Shown: positions 39,076-48,908 of the stretch, in pieces
Numbering within the stretch: position 1 is the first letter of the stretch
Layout of the letters: each line of letters opens with the position of its first letter
Virus record (IMG/VR): IMGVR_UViG_3300044451_000434
Span: 100,108 to 164,107 of that record
DNA from: a virus
Reading direction: 5' to 3' (one strand)
DNA length: 64,000 bases
Notes under the pieces: model-generated
Databases searched by the model: none
The model's input: only the letters and a program-made list of their open reading frames with translations
Told to the model about the DNA's origin: nothing
Program-made: the position numbers and the translations under genes

Positions 39076-39698
39076 ACTACCCCCTCCGACATGAGTATTC
39101 TGTTTTCCACTTCTTTCCAGTTGACCACCTTCCAGAAATTTTCAACCCAATCGTTCTTGCGATTACGCCTGTCAAGATAATACGCATGCTCCCACAAATC
39201 GCATCCCAATACTGGGTAGCCAATCCCTAGACCAAGAGGATTGTCTTGCATTTTGGTCTGCACTATGTCAAGAGTTTTATTTCGCACCACCAACCAAACC
39301 CACGAGCTGCCGAAAGAATCAGAACAAGCATCAAAAAATTCAGACTGCATGCCATCAATATTACCAAATGATTCTTCAATCATTTTATTCAGCATATCTC
39401 TTGGCTTGTCTGGATTGGGTGTCATCATTGGCCACCATATCTGATGGTTGAAGACACCGCCTGCGTTGTTTCTTATTTTTAGCCCCTTGCCGTTTTCGGC
39501 CGACCCAACTTCGACGACAAGCTTTTCTATGTCCAGTTCAACTAGAGACGGTTCATCTGCAATAAGTTCGTTAAGTTTGTCGCAGTAGGCCTTGTGATGT
39601 TTTTGGTGATGAAGACGCATGGTTTCTGAACCTATGTGCGCATCCAAATCTCCGTATCCATATGGCAATTGTGGAATTGTGTGCTTTATGATTGGCAT
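39072..39698 (-). CDS. sod: Fe/Mn superoxide dismutase
   Basis: LPYGYGDL, HHQKHHKAY, NNAGGVFNH, FGSSWVWL, QDNP, DLWEHAYY. Confidence 0.95.
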   Translation of the reverse strand: MPIIKHTIPQLPYGYGDLDAHIGSETMRLHHQKHHKAYCDKLNELIADEPSLVELDIEKLVVEVGSAENGKGLKIRNNAGGVFNHQIWWPMMTPNPDKPRDMLNKMIEESFGNIDGMQSEFFDACSDSFGSSWVWLVVRNKTLDIVQTKMQDNPLGLGIGYPVLGCDLWEHAYYLDRRNRKNDWVENFWKVVNWKEVENRILMSEGVV

Positions 39699-40136
39699 TC
39701 ATGTTCCTGTAGATGGAGTTGCTCCACCTGGAGAACCGCTAGCGGGTGCAGGAGTCTTTGGCGTCTGCGGACCAAGCTCAAGACCATACCATCCACGTAT
39801 CACAGGTGGATCCTTTGTCAGATCTACATCAAGTTGCGATGGAAATAGTCTAGAGCCGTCTGCCTGACATGCATCCATGAGTGCAGTTTCAACTGAATTA
39901 TTTCTGCTCTGGAGCGCCCTCCTGAACAGAATATTGAGTTTCTTCAGGTGATTTTTGTCGTTATTTGTATCTTCGTCAATAAGGGACGCATCGATTCCTG
40001 AAACGGTGCCTGCGACTCCACCTGCTCCACCAGGAGCCCCACCGGGTGAAGCTCCCGTGTCTTGAGAAATTTTCTCCATGCCAAAAGAATAACCTATTCT
40101 TAGCCAGTCTCCATAAGACAACTTTACATGCTTCAT
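39699..40136 (-). CDS. Hypothetical protein with shared W-x-x-I-G leader
   Basis: MKHVKLSYGDWLRIGYSFGMEKISQ. Confidence 0.7.
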   Translation of the reverse strand: MKHVKLSYGDWLRIGYSFGMEKISQDTGASPGGAPGGAGGVAGTVSGIDASLIDEDTNNDKNHLKKLNILFRRALQSRNNSVETALMDACQADGSRLFPSQLDVDLTKDPPVIRGWYGLELGPQTPKTPAPASGSPGGATPSTGT

Positions 40137-41611
40137 ATATCCATCTTTTCAAGTTTGTCATACACCTTCACGAGGTAGATGCACAGTTGCAAATTGCCGA
40201 GGGCTGTAGAATCCCGTCCACCACCTATCCTTGTTTTGTTTATTCTCAAATCTTTATTTTCTTTGTCGATGACAAACATTTCAGAATTATACTTTTTAAA
40301 AAAATCAAGCAGTCGATCCTTGGCAGCTTTCAGGGTCTGCACGGCCAATGGCGTTTTGCTGATTTCTTTTAGTCTTGCTGGGAAACTTGGATTTTTGCAC
40401 ACGATGTCAATAATGCTCTGCATGTGGGTTATGACATCATCAATGTCAGTCATTTGTTCTCTGTTTATCTCGGCAACCATAGCCTTGCCTTGGGATTCGT
40501 AATTCCTCATATGAGAATATCCCTGCAATCTAGAATGGACAAAAGCAGGCATGTCTTCGATGTTGAGCTCTTCTATCTTGGTAGGAACCTGCTTCCTGAG
40601 AGTTTCAACATCAACAGGATCTTTAGGAGTTGGAGTTCTGTCTCTTTTTCTTTGTCGTTCCTGAACTATTTTGTCTGCAACATCAGCCAAGAATGACAGC
40701 ATGCCATCAACCTTGTTTTGCGCGTCTAGTTCGTCGTCACCATTCTGTATCAGGTTGCTTACTAGGTTGCTCAGATTTATCTGACGCGCTCTCACCTGTG
40801 CTGCCAGTAGGTCTTCTTTCCCAGCAAATTTTGAAAGAAAGTGAACTATAATATTTTCAAAAGTGGAGAACATACTTTTATTTTTTAATGCATCAGCAAA
40901 TGCAGCTTCGACACCTTGGGAGAAGTCTTCCTGCAATTGAACCCTCAGCTCGGCTCCAGTGGAGCCCTTTCGGGCTTCTGCTGCTGCTAATTGAGCTTTT
41001 AATTGAGTCTTTCTGTCTTCAGCTAACTTCAGAGCAGCGAAAACCATTGGGCACCACGCCCGAATACCTCCACTACGACCCGCCTCTTCAAGGCCATCCA
41101 TAAAATTATTGTGCTTACGTATTATTTTGTTCAGCGTCGCCATTTTGATTTTCTCGGCATCAACGTGTATATCTTTTGCTTTTGTAAACAGCGGATCATT
41201 TTGATCTATGATGCGTATTTCTTGATTTGTGATATCGAATATTGTGAACTTGTCGCCTTGTTTTTTGTCACTTTCTCGCTTCAATATGAAATAATACACA
41301 TCTATTCCATTTGGTCCCGGGGCCACCTTGAACTGGTGATGTTCCAAATAGTACCATGTAGGAAGCAAGAGATTCTCTATATCATGAGGCAGCCAAGGCA
41401 TGTGCTGCCTGATCAATTCGGCAAGCGTTTTTTTTCCACCCAAAATCATTTCATGCAGATTCTTTGTGAACAGGGGAATCACCACGCCCGATCCTCCTCC
41501 TGAGGCAATCTGCCCACCTATATCGGTTGCCACCCCTGGAATTTTCGAACGCGCATAATCAGGACTGACTTGAGCAACCACAACTTCTATATTGTTGTTT
41601 AATCTTTTCAT
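40133..41611 (-). CDS. Hypothetical helical protein
   Basis: 492 aa, ATGA-coupled at both ends. Confidence 0.75.
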   Translation of the reverse strand: MKRLNNNIEVVVAQVSPDYARSKIPGVATDIGGQIASGGGSGVVIPLFTKNLHEMILGGKKTLAELIRQHMPWLPHDIENLLLPTWYYLEHHQFKVAPGPNGIDVYYFILKRESDKKQGDKFTIFDITNQEIRIIDQNDPLFTKAKDIHVDAEKIKMATLNKIIRKHNNFMDGLEEAGRSGGIRAWCPMVFAALKLAEDRKTQLKAQLAAAEARKGSTGAELRVQLQEDFSQGVEAAFADALKNKSMFSTFENIIVHFLSKFAGKEDLLAAQVRARQINLSNLVSNLIQNGDDELDAQNKVDGMLSFLADVADKIVQERQRKRDRTPTPKDPVDVETLRKQVPTKIEELNIEDMPAFVHSRLQGYSHMRNYESQGKAMVAEINREQMTDIDDVITHMQSIIDIVCKNPSFPARLKEISKTPLAVQTLKAAKDRLLDFFKKYNSEMFVIDKENKDLRINKTRIGGGRDSTALGNLQLCIYLVKVYDKLEKMDI

Positions 41612-42444
41612 GCTAAACTGAAGCCTCCGATAAGGTTGTTTTTGGACAACTGATCCAAATCTGACTTATTTTCGTCGATTTTTTGATCAATATTTGTTAT
41701 CTGTTCCCGAATTTGATTGATTGTATCCTCAATCTCCACGCAGTCAGAACTTTTAGACTCATCGCCCTGCCTGCATGCGACATTGTATGCCTGCTGTTTG
41801 GCGTCTAGTTGTCTTTGCAGATCAGCTAGTTGATCCGCCATCTTCTTACTGCCTCCTTTTAGCGCCTCTTGAATTCTTTTGGTTTGCTCTGTATTCGTAT
41901 CCATGGTCTGCATGGCAACCCCCTTGGCCTGCGGAGAATTCATTCGTCCAGTTGGTATCATCGGTTGCTGTTGTTGCGCTGATTTGATCCACCCCGCATT
42001 TTTGCCGATGCGGATCCAATCCTGTTTGGTCATGGCAAGCTTCAGTTCGGGTGGAGCATTCCACCTACTGTTGTCTTCTATCGGCTCGATTTGTTCCTGC
42101 GTTTGTTCCCGCCAACTACTAGAATTAGAATAAGTCGAACGCAACCCTCTTTTTAATTTATTAAAATCTTCTTTGTCATAATTTTTATAGATTTCAAGGC
42201 ATTTATTTTCAAGCGCTTCTTTGACTTCTTTAGTTTTCAAGAATTTAGTATTAGAACTGTCAAAGTACAGTTCTGGTTCTACTTGATAGTCTCTCGAATT
42301 TTTTTTGTTTACGACATACAGCGTTATGGGGAAAGTTAAAGAAACCCCAGAATCAAGCAGGTCTTGTACTGCTTGTATAATCATGCTTTTATCCACTGCA
42401 GCGTCAGTACGTTTTAATTCATCACTTGCTTTTTTGTTGAACAT
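41608..42444 (-). CDS. Hypothetical protein with internal W-x-x-I-G module and coiled coil
   Basis: MFNKKAS start; MTKQDWIRIGKNAGWIKSAQ internally. Confidence 0.75.
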   Translation of the reverse strand: MFNKKASDELKRTDAAVDKSMIIQAVQDLLDSGVSLTFPITLYVVNKKNSRDYQVEPELYFDSSNTKFLKTKEVKEALENKCLEIYKNYDKEDFNKLKRGLRSTYSNSSSWREQTQEQIEPIEDNSRWNAPPELKLAMTKQDWIRIGKNAGWIKSAQQQQPMIPTGRMNSPQAKGVAMQTMDTNTEQTKRIQEALKGGSKKMADQLADLQRQLDAKQQAYNVACRQGDESKSSDCVEIEDTINQIREQITNIDQKIDENKSDLDQLSKNNLIGGFSLA

Positions 42445-42446
42445 GT

Positions 42447-42836
42447 TTATCCTATTGCGTCTTCTATGTTGAGTTCAAGGTCTTCCACAAGAACTTTCAT
42501 AATTGCATAAAAGGTTTCTTCTTTATTTCCACGAGACTTCACCTTGACCTCTACAACATTCATCTCATCTGATGGATGATTCACACTTATGATTTTTACA
42601 TTTTCATATGTATTGAGAAGCTGCGGCAAATGCATTTTTAGGCTTTTAGGCGGAGAGTAAACAAATGTGAACTCAAACACATCGTCATCGTTTTCCTGAG
42701 ATGAATCTAGGAAAAGATTTCTTTTAGCTGGTTCTCCAGACATGATTAATTTCCAAAGTGGGTCGTTATGATCTCCTGCCTTGATTGCAGTGCGGACAAT
42801 AGAAGACGGATCTTTTATGGAGAATATTCTGCGCAT
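42447..42836 (-). CDS. Hypothetical protein
   Basis: 129 aa. Confidence 0.65.
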   Translation of the reverse strand: MRRIFSIKDPSSIVRTAIKAGDHNDPLWKLIMSGEPAKRNLFLDSSQENDDDVFEFTFVYSPPKSLKMHLPQLLNTYENVKIISVNHPSDEMNVVEVKVKSRGNKEETFYAIMKVLVEDLELNIEDAIG

Positions 42837-42885
42837 AATTCTTTTTACGAATCATATGTATCATTTCCTCTGCCGATGAAACCGT

Positions 42886-43662
42886 ATGCAAAATTGGTTA
42901 CTTTACAGAACCCATCAAAATGATGAAAAAACACAGGGTAGGTTTGACGAATTGAGCCATCTTCTCAGAGGGATGGCTAATGTTGTGTGGATGTGCGACG
43001 GAGATTCAGTCGGAGGGTGCCAGTATGGGGGTGTGTTGGGTAAAAATTCATCGACATTTACGAATACGGATTATAAAATTAGGCAAACCTGGCCCAAAAT
43101 ATTTGAAACATACGATTCTTGCCCGCAAAACACGCCAAGAGTTTTTCCCAAGGGTGGCGGACCAAAAAGACCAATCAAGTGGGTGTTGGGGCATCTTCCA
43201 GCCCTACAGTGGTGGAGAGAAAGTGGGAGACCAGAGGGTAGGTTTATGGTGTGGGAGCATGATTTGTGGTGGGACGCGCCCTTCAGGGCTGCTCAGGCCC
43301 TGGCTCCAGCTTTTTCTCACCACAAGTTTCTTGCCCAACCGGTAAAAACATACAGACCTGGCCCTGATGCCATACAGCCACCCAATGTGCGTCCTCCGAA
43401 ATGGCTGAAGGACACCACCATATGTCACTATACTGCCACCGTGATGTCGGCAAGACTCATGGCGTCGCTTGATGAAATCAGTGAAGAGGGTTGCTGGGGG
43501 CACTGCGAACTTTTAGTTCCGTCCGTTGCTCACCATCATAAAAATGGTGGAGGTGCAGCTTCCTGGATGGCCGTGGCAGAGCATCCTGCCCTGCGACCAA
43601 TCATACACCGATTCCCTGGTCAGTCTCCTGATAAAAAACCCCAAAGATTATTCATTCGCTGA
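42886..43662 (+). CDS. Hypothetical protein, possible GT-A glycosyltransferase
   Basis: VWEHDLWW and CELLVPSVA echo INEYDTWW and NEMRIGSAA in the N-domain of 51675..53294. Confidence 0.5.
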   Translation: MQNWLLYRTHQNDEKTQGRFDELSHLLRGMANVVWMCDGDSVGGCQYGGVLGKNSSTFTNTDYKIRQTWPKIFETYDSCPQNTPRVFPKGGGPKRPIKWVLGHLPALQWWRESGRPEGRFMVWEHDLWWDAPFRAAQALAPAFSHHKFLAQPVKTYRPGPDAIQPPNVRPPKWLKDTTICHYTATVMSARLMASLDEISEEGCWGHCELLVPSVAHHHKNGGGAASWMAVAEHPALRPIIHRFPGQSPDKKPQRLFIR

Positions 43663-45709
43663 GTCCCTCAAGGTTCAGTATCCCTGCAGCTATCCACTGT
43701 GAGCAGTTGGAAACAACCCCGTTGCCGCACTGCTTGTAGCGCTGCGCGTTGCTGATGGCAACGATGCGACCATCCTCTTCTGCTCCGAATTCATTCCAGT
43801 CATGAGGCCAACCCATCAGGACGCAGCACTCAACGGGTGTCAAACGACGCACGACCATGCGCCCCTTGTTGCTGACTGCCTCAGTCTCTGCCCTAACCAC
43901 CGCATGAGTATCTCGCTCTCCAGTATCAAATGCGTTGAGAGTGTTGCTGTGATCTGCAGGAACCCATGACTCGTCGTCTGTGCTTGTCTGTGCCCTAGCA
44001 GACTTACGGAACACATCCGACTGGCTGATCACGCAGTCACTCGAGTCTTTTCCCGTCCTGAGTGAGTGGTGCATTTCTTCAGAAAGTTTCTGATTCATGC
44101 CGTCATATGCCAAGACAGGGTTGTCCTCATTTTGCACTATGCATTTTCCTTCATTAACATACTGACTCCCAACGCCTTTGTAGTCTCTTGACGCCAAGGT
44201 TCCTACAACCTCTTGATGGTAGTGCTCATTTTGAGCAATATAGGTTTGGGCATGGTGACTGGTTGGGGCAGGCTGCATGGCCTGGAGGGCATTAGCAACC
44301 TCCAATGGTGTCGCACTGAAATTGTTATTTTTGGCATCTTCGCGTATGCTGTATGCTTGAGCAATTTCTTGACCAGATATGGCGACGTGATTTGCGGAAT
44401 CTCCAAGACCACCTGCAGTCAACGGTGAAACAACATCTGAGCTGCAAGATTCTGCGCTGCCAGTGCGCTGATCCCTCGTGAAAAATCTTGGCTGAAATGC
44501 AAGGGCTTCAACAGCATCTGGCTGCATCACTCCTTGTGGAGAAGAGCCATCAAGAGCATATGCATCGTTTGACACACCTATGCCGTTGGCTCCCGTCTGC
44601 CCAAGTCTGAAGGCCATGGTATCTTCAGGCTGCTGTGCTATGACTGGGTGGTTGAACTCGTGCACACCTGCACGACCCATGCATGATCGCAGAGCACCAA
44701 CCTCATCTGTGGGGACGATGCCCGTCTGCTGGTTTACATACCTAAATCCCTGACACGGCACATGTTCTATGACTGCAGCAAAATTACCCTTGTCTGGCAT
44801 AAATTGGTCATGACATCTGGTTGTCAGGCTTGAGGATTCATCTCCTGCGTCCCACCATTTCCCCTTGCCTTCTTCGGCAAAGAACTTTGCCTTGCCGACC
44901 TCTTGGGCTTGGCCGCCTTCGCTGAAGGCTTCTGTGATTGCTTTGACTTTTTGCTCGCTGAAGATGCTTTCTGCCCTTCCGAGATTGACTGTGGAGATGT
45001 CTCCGTCCTGCTCACCTGCTGGTTGAGGGCTTCTTTCAGCAACTGGGGCAGGAGCTTGCCCCTGCGCTCTGCACGCCTCAATATGCCTACGCAAGCTTTT
45101 TTGCTGAGCCTGTATTGGCTCAAGTAGCCCGAGCACCCTGGCTGAGCGGGACTCTGTAGGATCTCCGACAACTTCACGCGAGGCAACGACAAAGATTCGC
45201 CTTCGTCTTTGCGCAACTCCGAAGTAACGGGCATCAAGCACTCGGTAGGCGATGTCAGGATACCCGCTGTCTGCCATTTCACCGAGGACCACTCCAAAGT
45301 CTTTTCCTTTGTTGGAGCTGAGGGCTCCCGAAACATTTTCCCATACCACCCAGCGAGGACTTTTGGCCCGAACAAGTCGAATGAATTCATGAAATAATCC
45401 TGACCTTTCTCCTTCTAGACCTTTTCTTTTTCCAGCCACCGACAGATCCTGACACGGACTGCCGCCAACTATGATGTCAACATCGTCAAGGTCTTCAGCA
45501 GCCACCTTGGTGATGTCTCCGAATATCTTCGTGTGTGGGTGCTGTTTGCGCAAGACCTTTTGGCAGGTATTGTCCCATTCCACAGCCCAGCACAGCTCAC
45601 AGCCCTCTCGCATGAAGCCAAGGCTGAATCCGCCCACCCCCGCAAACAGGTCTCCCACCTTCAATTTCTTCTTTCTAGCATTGTCAAACATAAGACGATT
45701 CTCCAGCAT
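43652..45709 (-). CDS. C5-cytosine DNA methyltransferase with expanded variable region
   Basis: Motif I DLFAGVGG, IV GSPCQDLS, VI WENV, VIII QRRRRIF, IX RRLTPVEC, X YKQCGNGV. Confidence 0.95.
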   Translation of the reverse strand: MLENRLMFDNARKKKLKVGDLFAGVGGFSLGFMREGCELCWAVEWDNTCQKVLRKQHPHTKIFGDITKVAAEDLDDVDIIVGGSPCQDLSVAGKRKGLEGERSGLFHEFIRLVRAKSPRWVVWENVSGALSSNKGKDFGVVLGEMADSGYPDIAYRVLDARYFGVAQRRRRIFVVASREVVGDPTESRSARVLGLLEPIQAQQKSLRRHIEACRAQGQAPAPVAERSPQPAGEQDGDISTVNLGRAESIFSEQKVKAITEAFSEGGQAQEVGKAKFFAEEGKGKWWDAGDESSSLTTRCHDQFMPDKGNFAAVIEHVPCQGFRYVNQQTGIVPTDEVGALRSCMGRAGVHEFNHPVIAQQPEDTMAFRLGQTGANGIGVSNDAYALDGSSPQGVMQPDAVEALAFQPRFFTRDQRTGSAESCSSDVVSPLTAGGLGDSANHVAISGQEIAQAYSIREDAKNNNFSATPLEVANALQAMQPAPTSHHAQTYIAQNEHYHQEVVGTLASRDYKGVGSQYVNEGKCIVQNEDNPVLAYDGMNQKLSEEMHHSLRTGKDSSDCVISQSDVFRKSARAQTSTDDESWVPADHSNTLNAFDTGERDTHAVVRAETEAVSNKGRMVVRRLTPVECCVLMGWPHDWNEFGAEEDGRIVAISNAQRYKQCGNGVVSNCSQWIAAGILNLEGLSE
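44824..45390 (-). CDS. Nested alternative-frame polypeptide (M.EcoHK31I beta-like)
   Basis: 188 codons inside the MTase on the same strand; AGGA 7 nt before ATG; KLSEIL...YRLSKKACVGILRRAERRGKLLP motif. Confidence 0.65.
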   Translation of the reverse strand: MNSFDLFGPKVLAGWYGKMFREPSAPTKEKTLEWSSVKWQTAGILTSPTECLMPVTSELRKDEGESLSLPRVKLSEILQSPAQPGCSGYLSQYRLSKKACVGILRRAERRGKLLPQLLKEALNQQVSRTETSPQSISEGQKASSASKKSKQSQKPSAKAAKPKRSARQSSLPKKARGNGGTQEMNPQA

Positions 45710-45765
45710 AAACTTTCCTAAGTACCTGAACGGGTCCTCCTCAGAAAGTTGCTACAAGATAAATC

Positions 45766-47517
45766 TTACGATGAGACCTTCTGCCCGGCAACCCGTTCTA
45801 GTTTTTGCACCATTATTTTGGCTTCTTTAGGTTCAGGCGTTTTATTTTTGATTGTCTGAGCCATTAAATTGAGGCGCTCTTGGGGATTTTCCACTGCGCT
45901 GAGATATGGTACGAGAACTCTACTTACATCTGCCAGTTTTGATCCATACATCAGCATATCTAGTATGTGTGCCTCCATTTGAGTCCACCGATTGCCTCCA
46001 CCTGGTTTTTGTCTATAGGAATTCCTCCCCCTCATTTGTCTTTCGTATGTAGCCTGTATTGTATGTAGATTGCCTGTTTCAAAGACATGTTTCAGAACGT
46101 CAGGGGCCTGCATGTTCTCTTCGTTAGCAAGGACGTAGGGTTTCGCTTTCTCTAGGTCCTCAACCATGGTCTGAAGAGATGTGTCTATATTGTAGTTATG
46201 CATCATATAACCATCACGCTTAATGGCCGTTTCAAGAAGAGACGAGAAATCTTTAAATGGAGCTTGTGACGCAGCGGTTAATATCTCTTTCCTCCAGTGG
46301 GTATCTGCGAGCGTTTGCTTTAATTTATTCCACACAGAAAATGTTGTGTCTAGAAAATGCTTCTGCTGTAATTCTTTTTTTAAATGATCGGCTCTTTTGA
46401 CAACTTGTATTGCCCTAGTACGGATATCATTAATTGCGTACTGGAGAGCTTGTACTGCCACTGCTGCCCCATTTTTAGTCAACACTCCATGTACAAGAGG
46501 CTTCAGGGCTCCTTCCCAGTCAAAATTGCCATCTTTTATTTGCTCTTTTGCTTTTTCTTGAAGTTCATAAAGCGCATCTGTTTCTGCTATTGGAGTTTGA
46601 TTAGACTGTAGTTCAACTAGCAGCGTCAAGGCTAAAGATCCATCCCCATTTTTCATGAGATCAGCGATGATTGTTTCTTTCTCTTTTGGAGGCAAAACCT
46701 TCAGATAAGCCACGGCTTCCAAAAAGCCATCTGATCTGCACTGACGCATATAAGATGACAATTTGTCCTTCCACTTGTCAGCCTCATGGTAGACGGCAAG
46801 TATACATATTGCTCTTTCGCATTCACTCAAAGGGGTATTTGTCATGTTGGTGAAGCCAGACGCCGAGTTACTGTGTGGAGCCATAAATGCCCACTGTTTT
46901 CCATCCCGAACAAATAGGAACACCTCGCCGCCATAATTTTTTAACTGCTGTTCCGGGTTATGTCCTCTCATACCTACTATACAAAAGCGCTCAGGATGGT
47001 CTATAAGTTGATGCTGTTTTTTAACATCGTCATATACATAAACTCTCATTGCCGGGAATTGATTTAGGGAAAAACTGCGAATCATTTTCATCTTTCCTCC
47101 AGGGTCAAAAACATCGTGCTCTTGACTTTTTAGTCTCTCTCTGGTTTTGTTTTCCTGTACATCCACAGCTTGAAGGATTTCCGTAAGGCTTTGGTATGCG
47201 TCAACCGGTTTAGGAAGGCCGAGTTCCACCGTTTTTATTTTATCCTCATGGGCTTGTGCCTCTAGTTCAAATTGATGTAAATCTGGTATCTCATTATTCA
47301 TCATCACCCTACAAAAAAACAATTTGTACTTGAGTTTGAAAGTTTTAATTTTTTTAATAACATCATCTGGTATGTTCTCGTCTTTTGCTTTCTGAATCCA
47401 TTCTTCTGATGTCGATGCCAACTTTGCTGCCCGAAACCAAGATGGAATGTTTTTCGATGCTTGCTTTGCTGCCTGAATACAAGATGCGCTGCTTTTAGAC
47501 ATTAGCTTGCTCCTCAT
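45766..47517 (-). CDS. Hypothetical protein with K-x-A leader
   Basis: 583 aa; N-terminal AKQAS...SWFRAAKLAS. Confidence 0.75.
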   Translation of the reverse strand: MRSKLMSKSSASCIQAAKQASKNIPSWFRAAKLASTSEEWIQKAKDENIPDDVIKKIKTFKLKYKLFFCRVMMNNEIPDLHQFELEAQAHEDKIKTVELGLPKPVDAYQSLTEILQAVDVQENKTRERLKSQEHDVFDPGGKMKMIRSFSLNQFPAMRVYVYDDVKKQHQLIDHPERFCIVGMRGHNPEQQLKNYGGEVFLFVRDGKQWAFMAPHSNSASGFTNMTNTPLSECERAICILAVYHEADKWKDKLSSYMRQCRSDGFLEAVAYLKVLPPKEKETIIADLMKNGDGSLALTLLVELQSNQTPIAETDALYELQEKAKEQIKDGNFDWEGALKPLVHGVLTKNGAAVAVQALQYAINDIRTRAIQVVKRADHLKKELQQKHFLDTTFSVWNKLKQTLADTHWRKEILTAASQAPFKDFSSLLETAIKRDGYMMHNYNIDTSLQTMVEDLEKAKPYVLANEENMQAPDVLKHVFETGNLHTIQATYERQMRGRNSYRQKPGGGNRWTQMEAHILDMLMYGSKLADVSRVLVPYLSAVENPQERLNLMAQTIKNKTPEPKEAKIMVQKLERVAGQKVSS

Positions 47518-47832
47518 GACTTTTTCATCTTTCTGTCAAGGGTGATGCTGCGATGTATATTTACATCCGATTTTATTATAGTACATATAATTGAAGGAAC
47601 CGTTAGGCGCATGGGTACACAATCATTTATTTCAGATAACAATTATGACCTCCAAACTTAAAAAAAACTTCCTAAAGTTAAAATTTTCGTGGTTTCATGA
47701 TGTGAGGATTTAGATGGTATGTTTCGGCCGGCATTTGGTAATACCTCTTTAAGATGAACATCAAAGGAGCGGAGGGGGTGTCGCTGCAACTTTTGATTTT
47801 CATCAGATACTTCAGTTCAGTAAAGAAAAAAG

Positions 47833-48303
47833 TCAGTTCTTTGCGGAAGCAAGCTTGAGTTCGGACGAAGGATTCCATCGCGCGGCAGATCCTGAAGATC
47901 TCTCTTCTAAGCCCCCCCCCAAAGCCTTGCTTATTGAAGACCACAAAGATTTTTTGGGACCAGCTTCACCGAACTCCCGAGTAGACCCTCCTGCAGCCCC
48001 AAGAGCCGCTATGAGTTTATTTATTTCTGGTGTTTTTTCGCCACCTGTAGATACATATTTTCTGAGCAATTTGTAAGCATCTTGGTTATCGGTAGTGGAT
48101 CGCAACATGGTTTTAGCAACTGCATCTGCGCCCTTCTTCTTCACCAAATCTGTTGCTAATCCGACTAGTTTTTCAACGGCGTATATTTTTGCCCATTGAT
48201 TTGCTCCCCTAGCTAGGTACGGCAGGGCAGCCCTGAGGAGCGGACCAATCGCTGCAAAAGCTTCTTTCTGCATCATGGTATTTTTACTGTTAATTTTTAT
48301 CAT
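47833..48303 (-). CDS. Hypothetical protein with amphipathic helix after QKEA
   Basis: QKEA-FAAIGPLLRAALPYLARG; C-terminal LKLAS. Confidence 0.65.
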   Translation of the reverse strand: MIKINSKNTMMQKEAFAAIGPLLRAALPYLARGANQWAKIYAVEKLVGLATDLVKKKGADAVAKTMLRSTTDNQDAYKLLRKYVSTGGEKTPEINKLIAALGAAGGSTREFGEAGPKKSLWSSISKALGGGLEERSSGSAARWNPSSELKLASAKN

Positions 48304-48356
48304 GATGTGTTATTTATTTTAAAAGGTTCTATTTCCTGCCCCGAGAAATTCATGAT

Positions 48357-48893
48357 ATGCTTCATATAAGAGCAAATTATTCAAAAGCTGTTCGATATTT
48401 TTCAGTTGATATTGAGGCTGACGGTCCATCTCCAGCGGTTGGATCGATGATTGAACTGGGGTGCGTTGCCGTAGACGATCCGTCTAGAAGATTTTCTGTA
48501 AAAATGCGTCCAGACAAGGACGCCTTCAACCCGCGCTCACTTGCCATTTCAGGTTTCACGAGGGAGCAGACCATGAGATTTGAAGATCCCAAATCCGCCA
48601 TGGAGTCCTTCAACAGGTGGATATCTGAAAACTCTCATGGTAGCTCCCCTATTTTTGTCAGCGACAATGGATTCGACTGGTCTTTTGTTGACTTTTATTT
48701 CCACAAATATGTGGGTCAAAATCCTTTTGGACATTCCCCAAGAAATCTGCATGACCTCCATAAGGGTTTCAGGAGGTCTCTGTCCAAACGAATTTCCGAA
48801 GAGCGTGGCAAGCCTCCGCATTCTGCCGTTAAAGACGCCGAAATGAATGCAATGCACATGAGGAGGCTGATGGAAGAGGGGCTTGAGGGCTGA
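48357..48893 (+). CDS. DEDDh 3'-5' exonuclease (Rv2179c-like)
   Basis: SVDIEADGP, NGFDW, HSAVKDA. Confidence 0.85.
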   Translation: MLHIRANYSKAVRYFSVDIEADGPSPAVGSMIELGCVAVDDPSRRFSVKMRPDKDAFNPRSLAISGFTREQTMRFEDPKSAMESFNRWISENSHGSSPIFVSDNGFDWSFVDFYFHKYVGQNPFGHSPRNLHDLHKGFRRSLSKRISEERGKPPHSAVKDAEMNAMHMRRLMEEGLEG

Positions 48894-48908
48894 GCGTAGA
48901 ATTATCTC

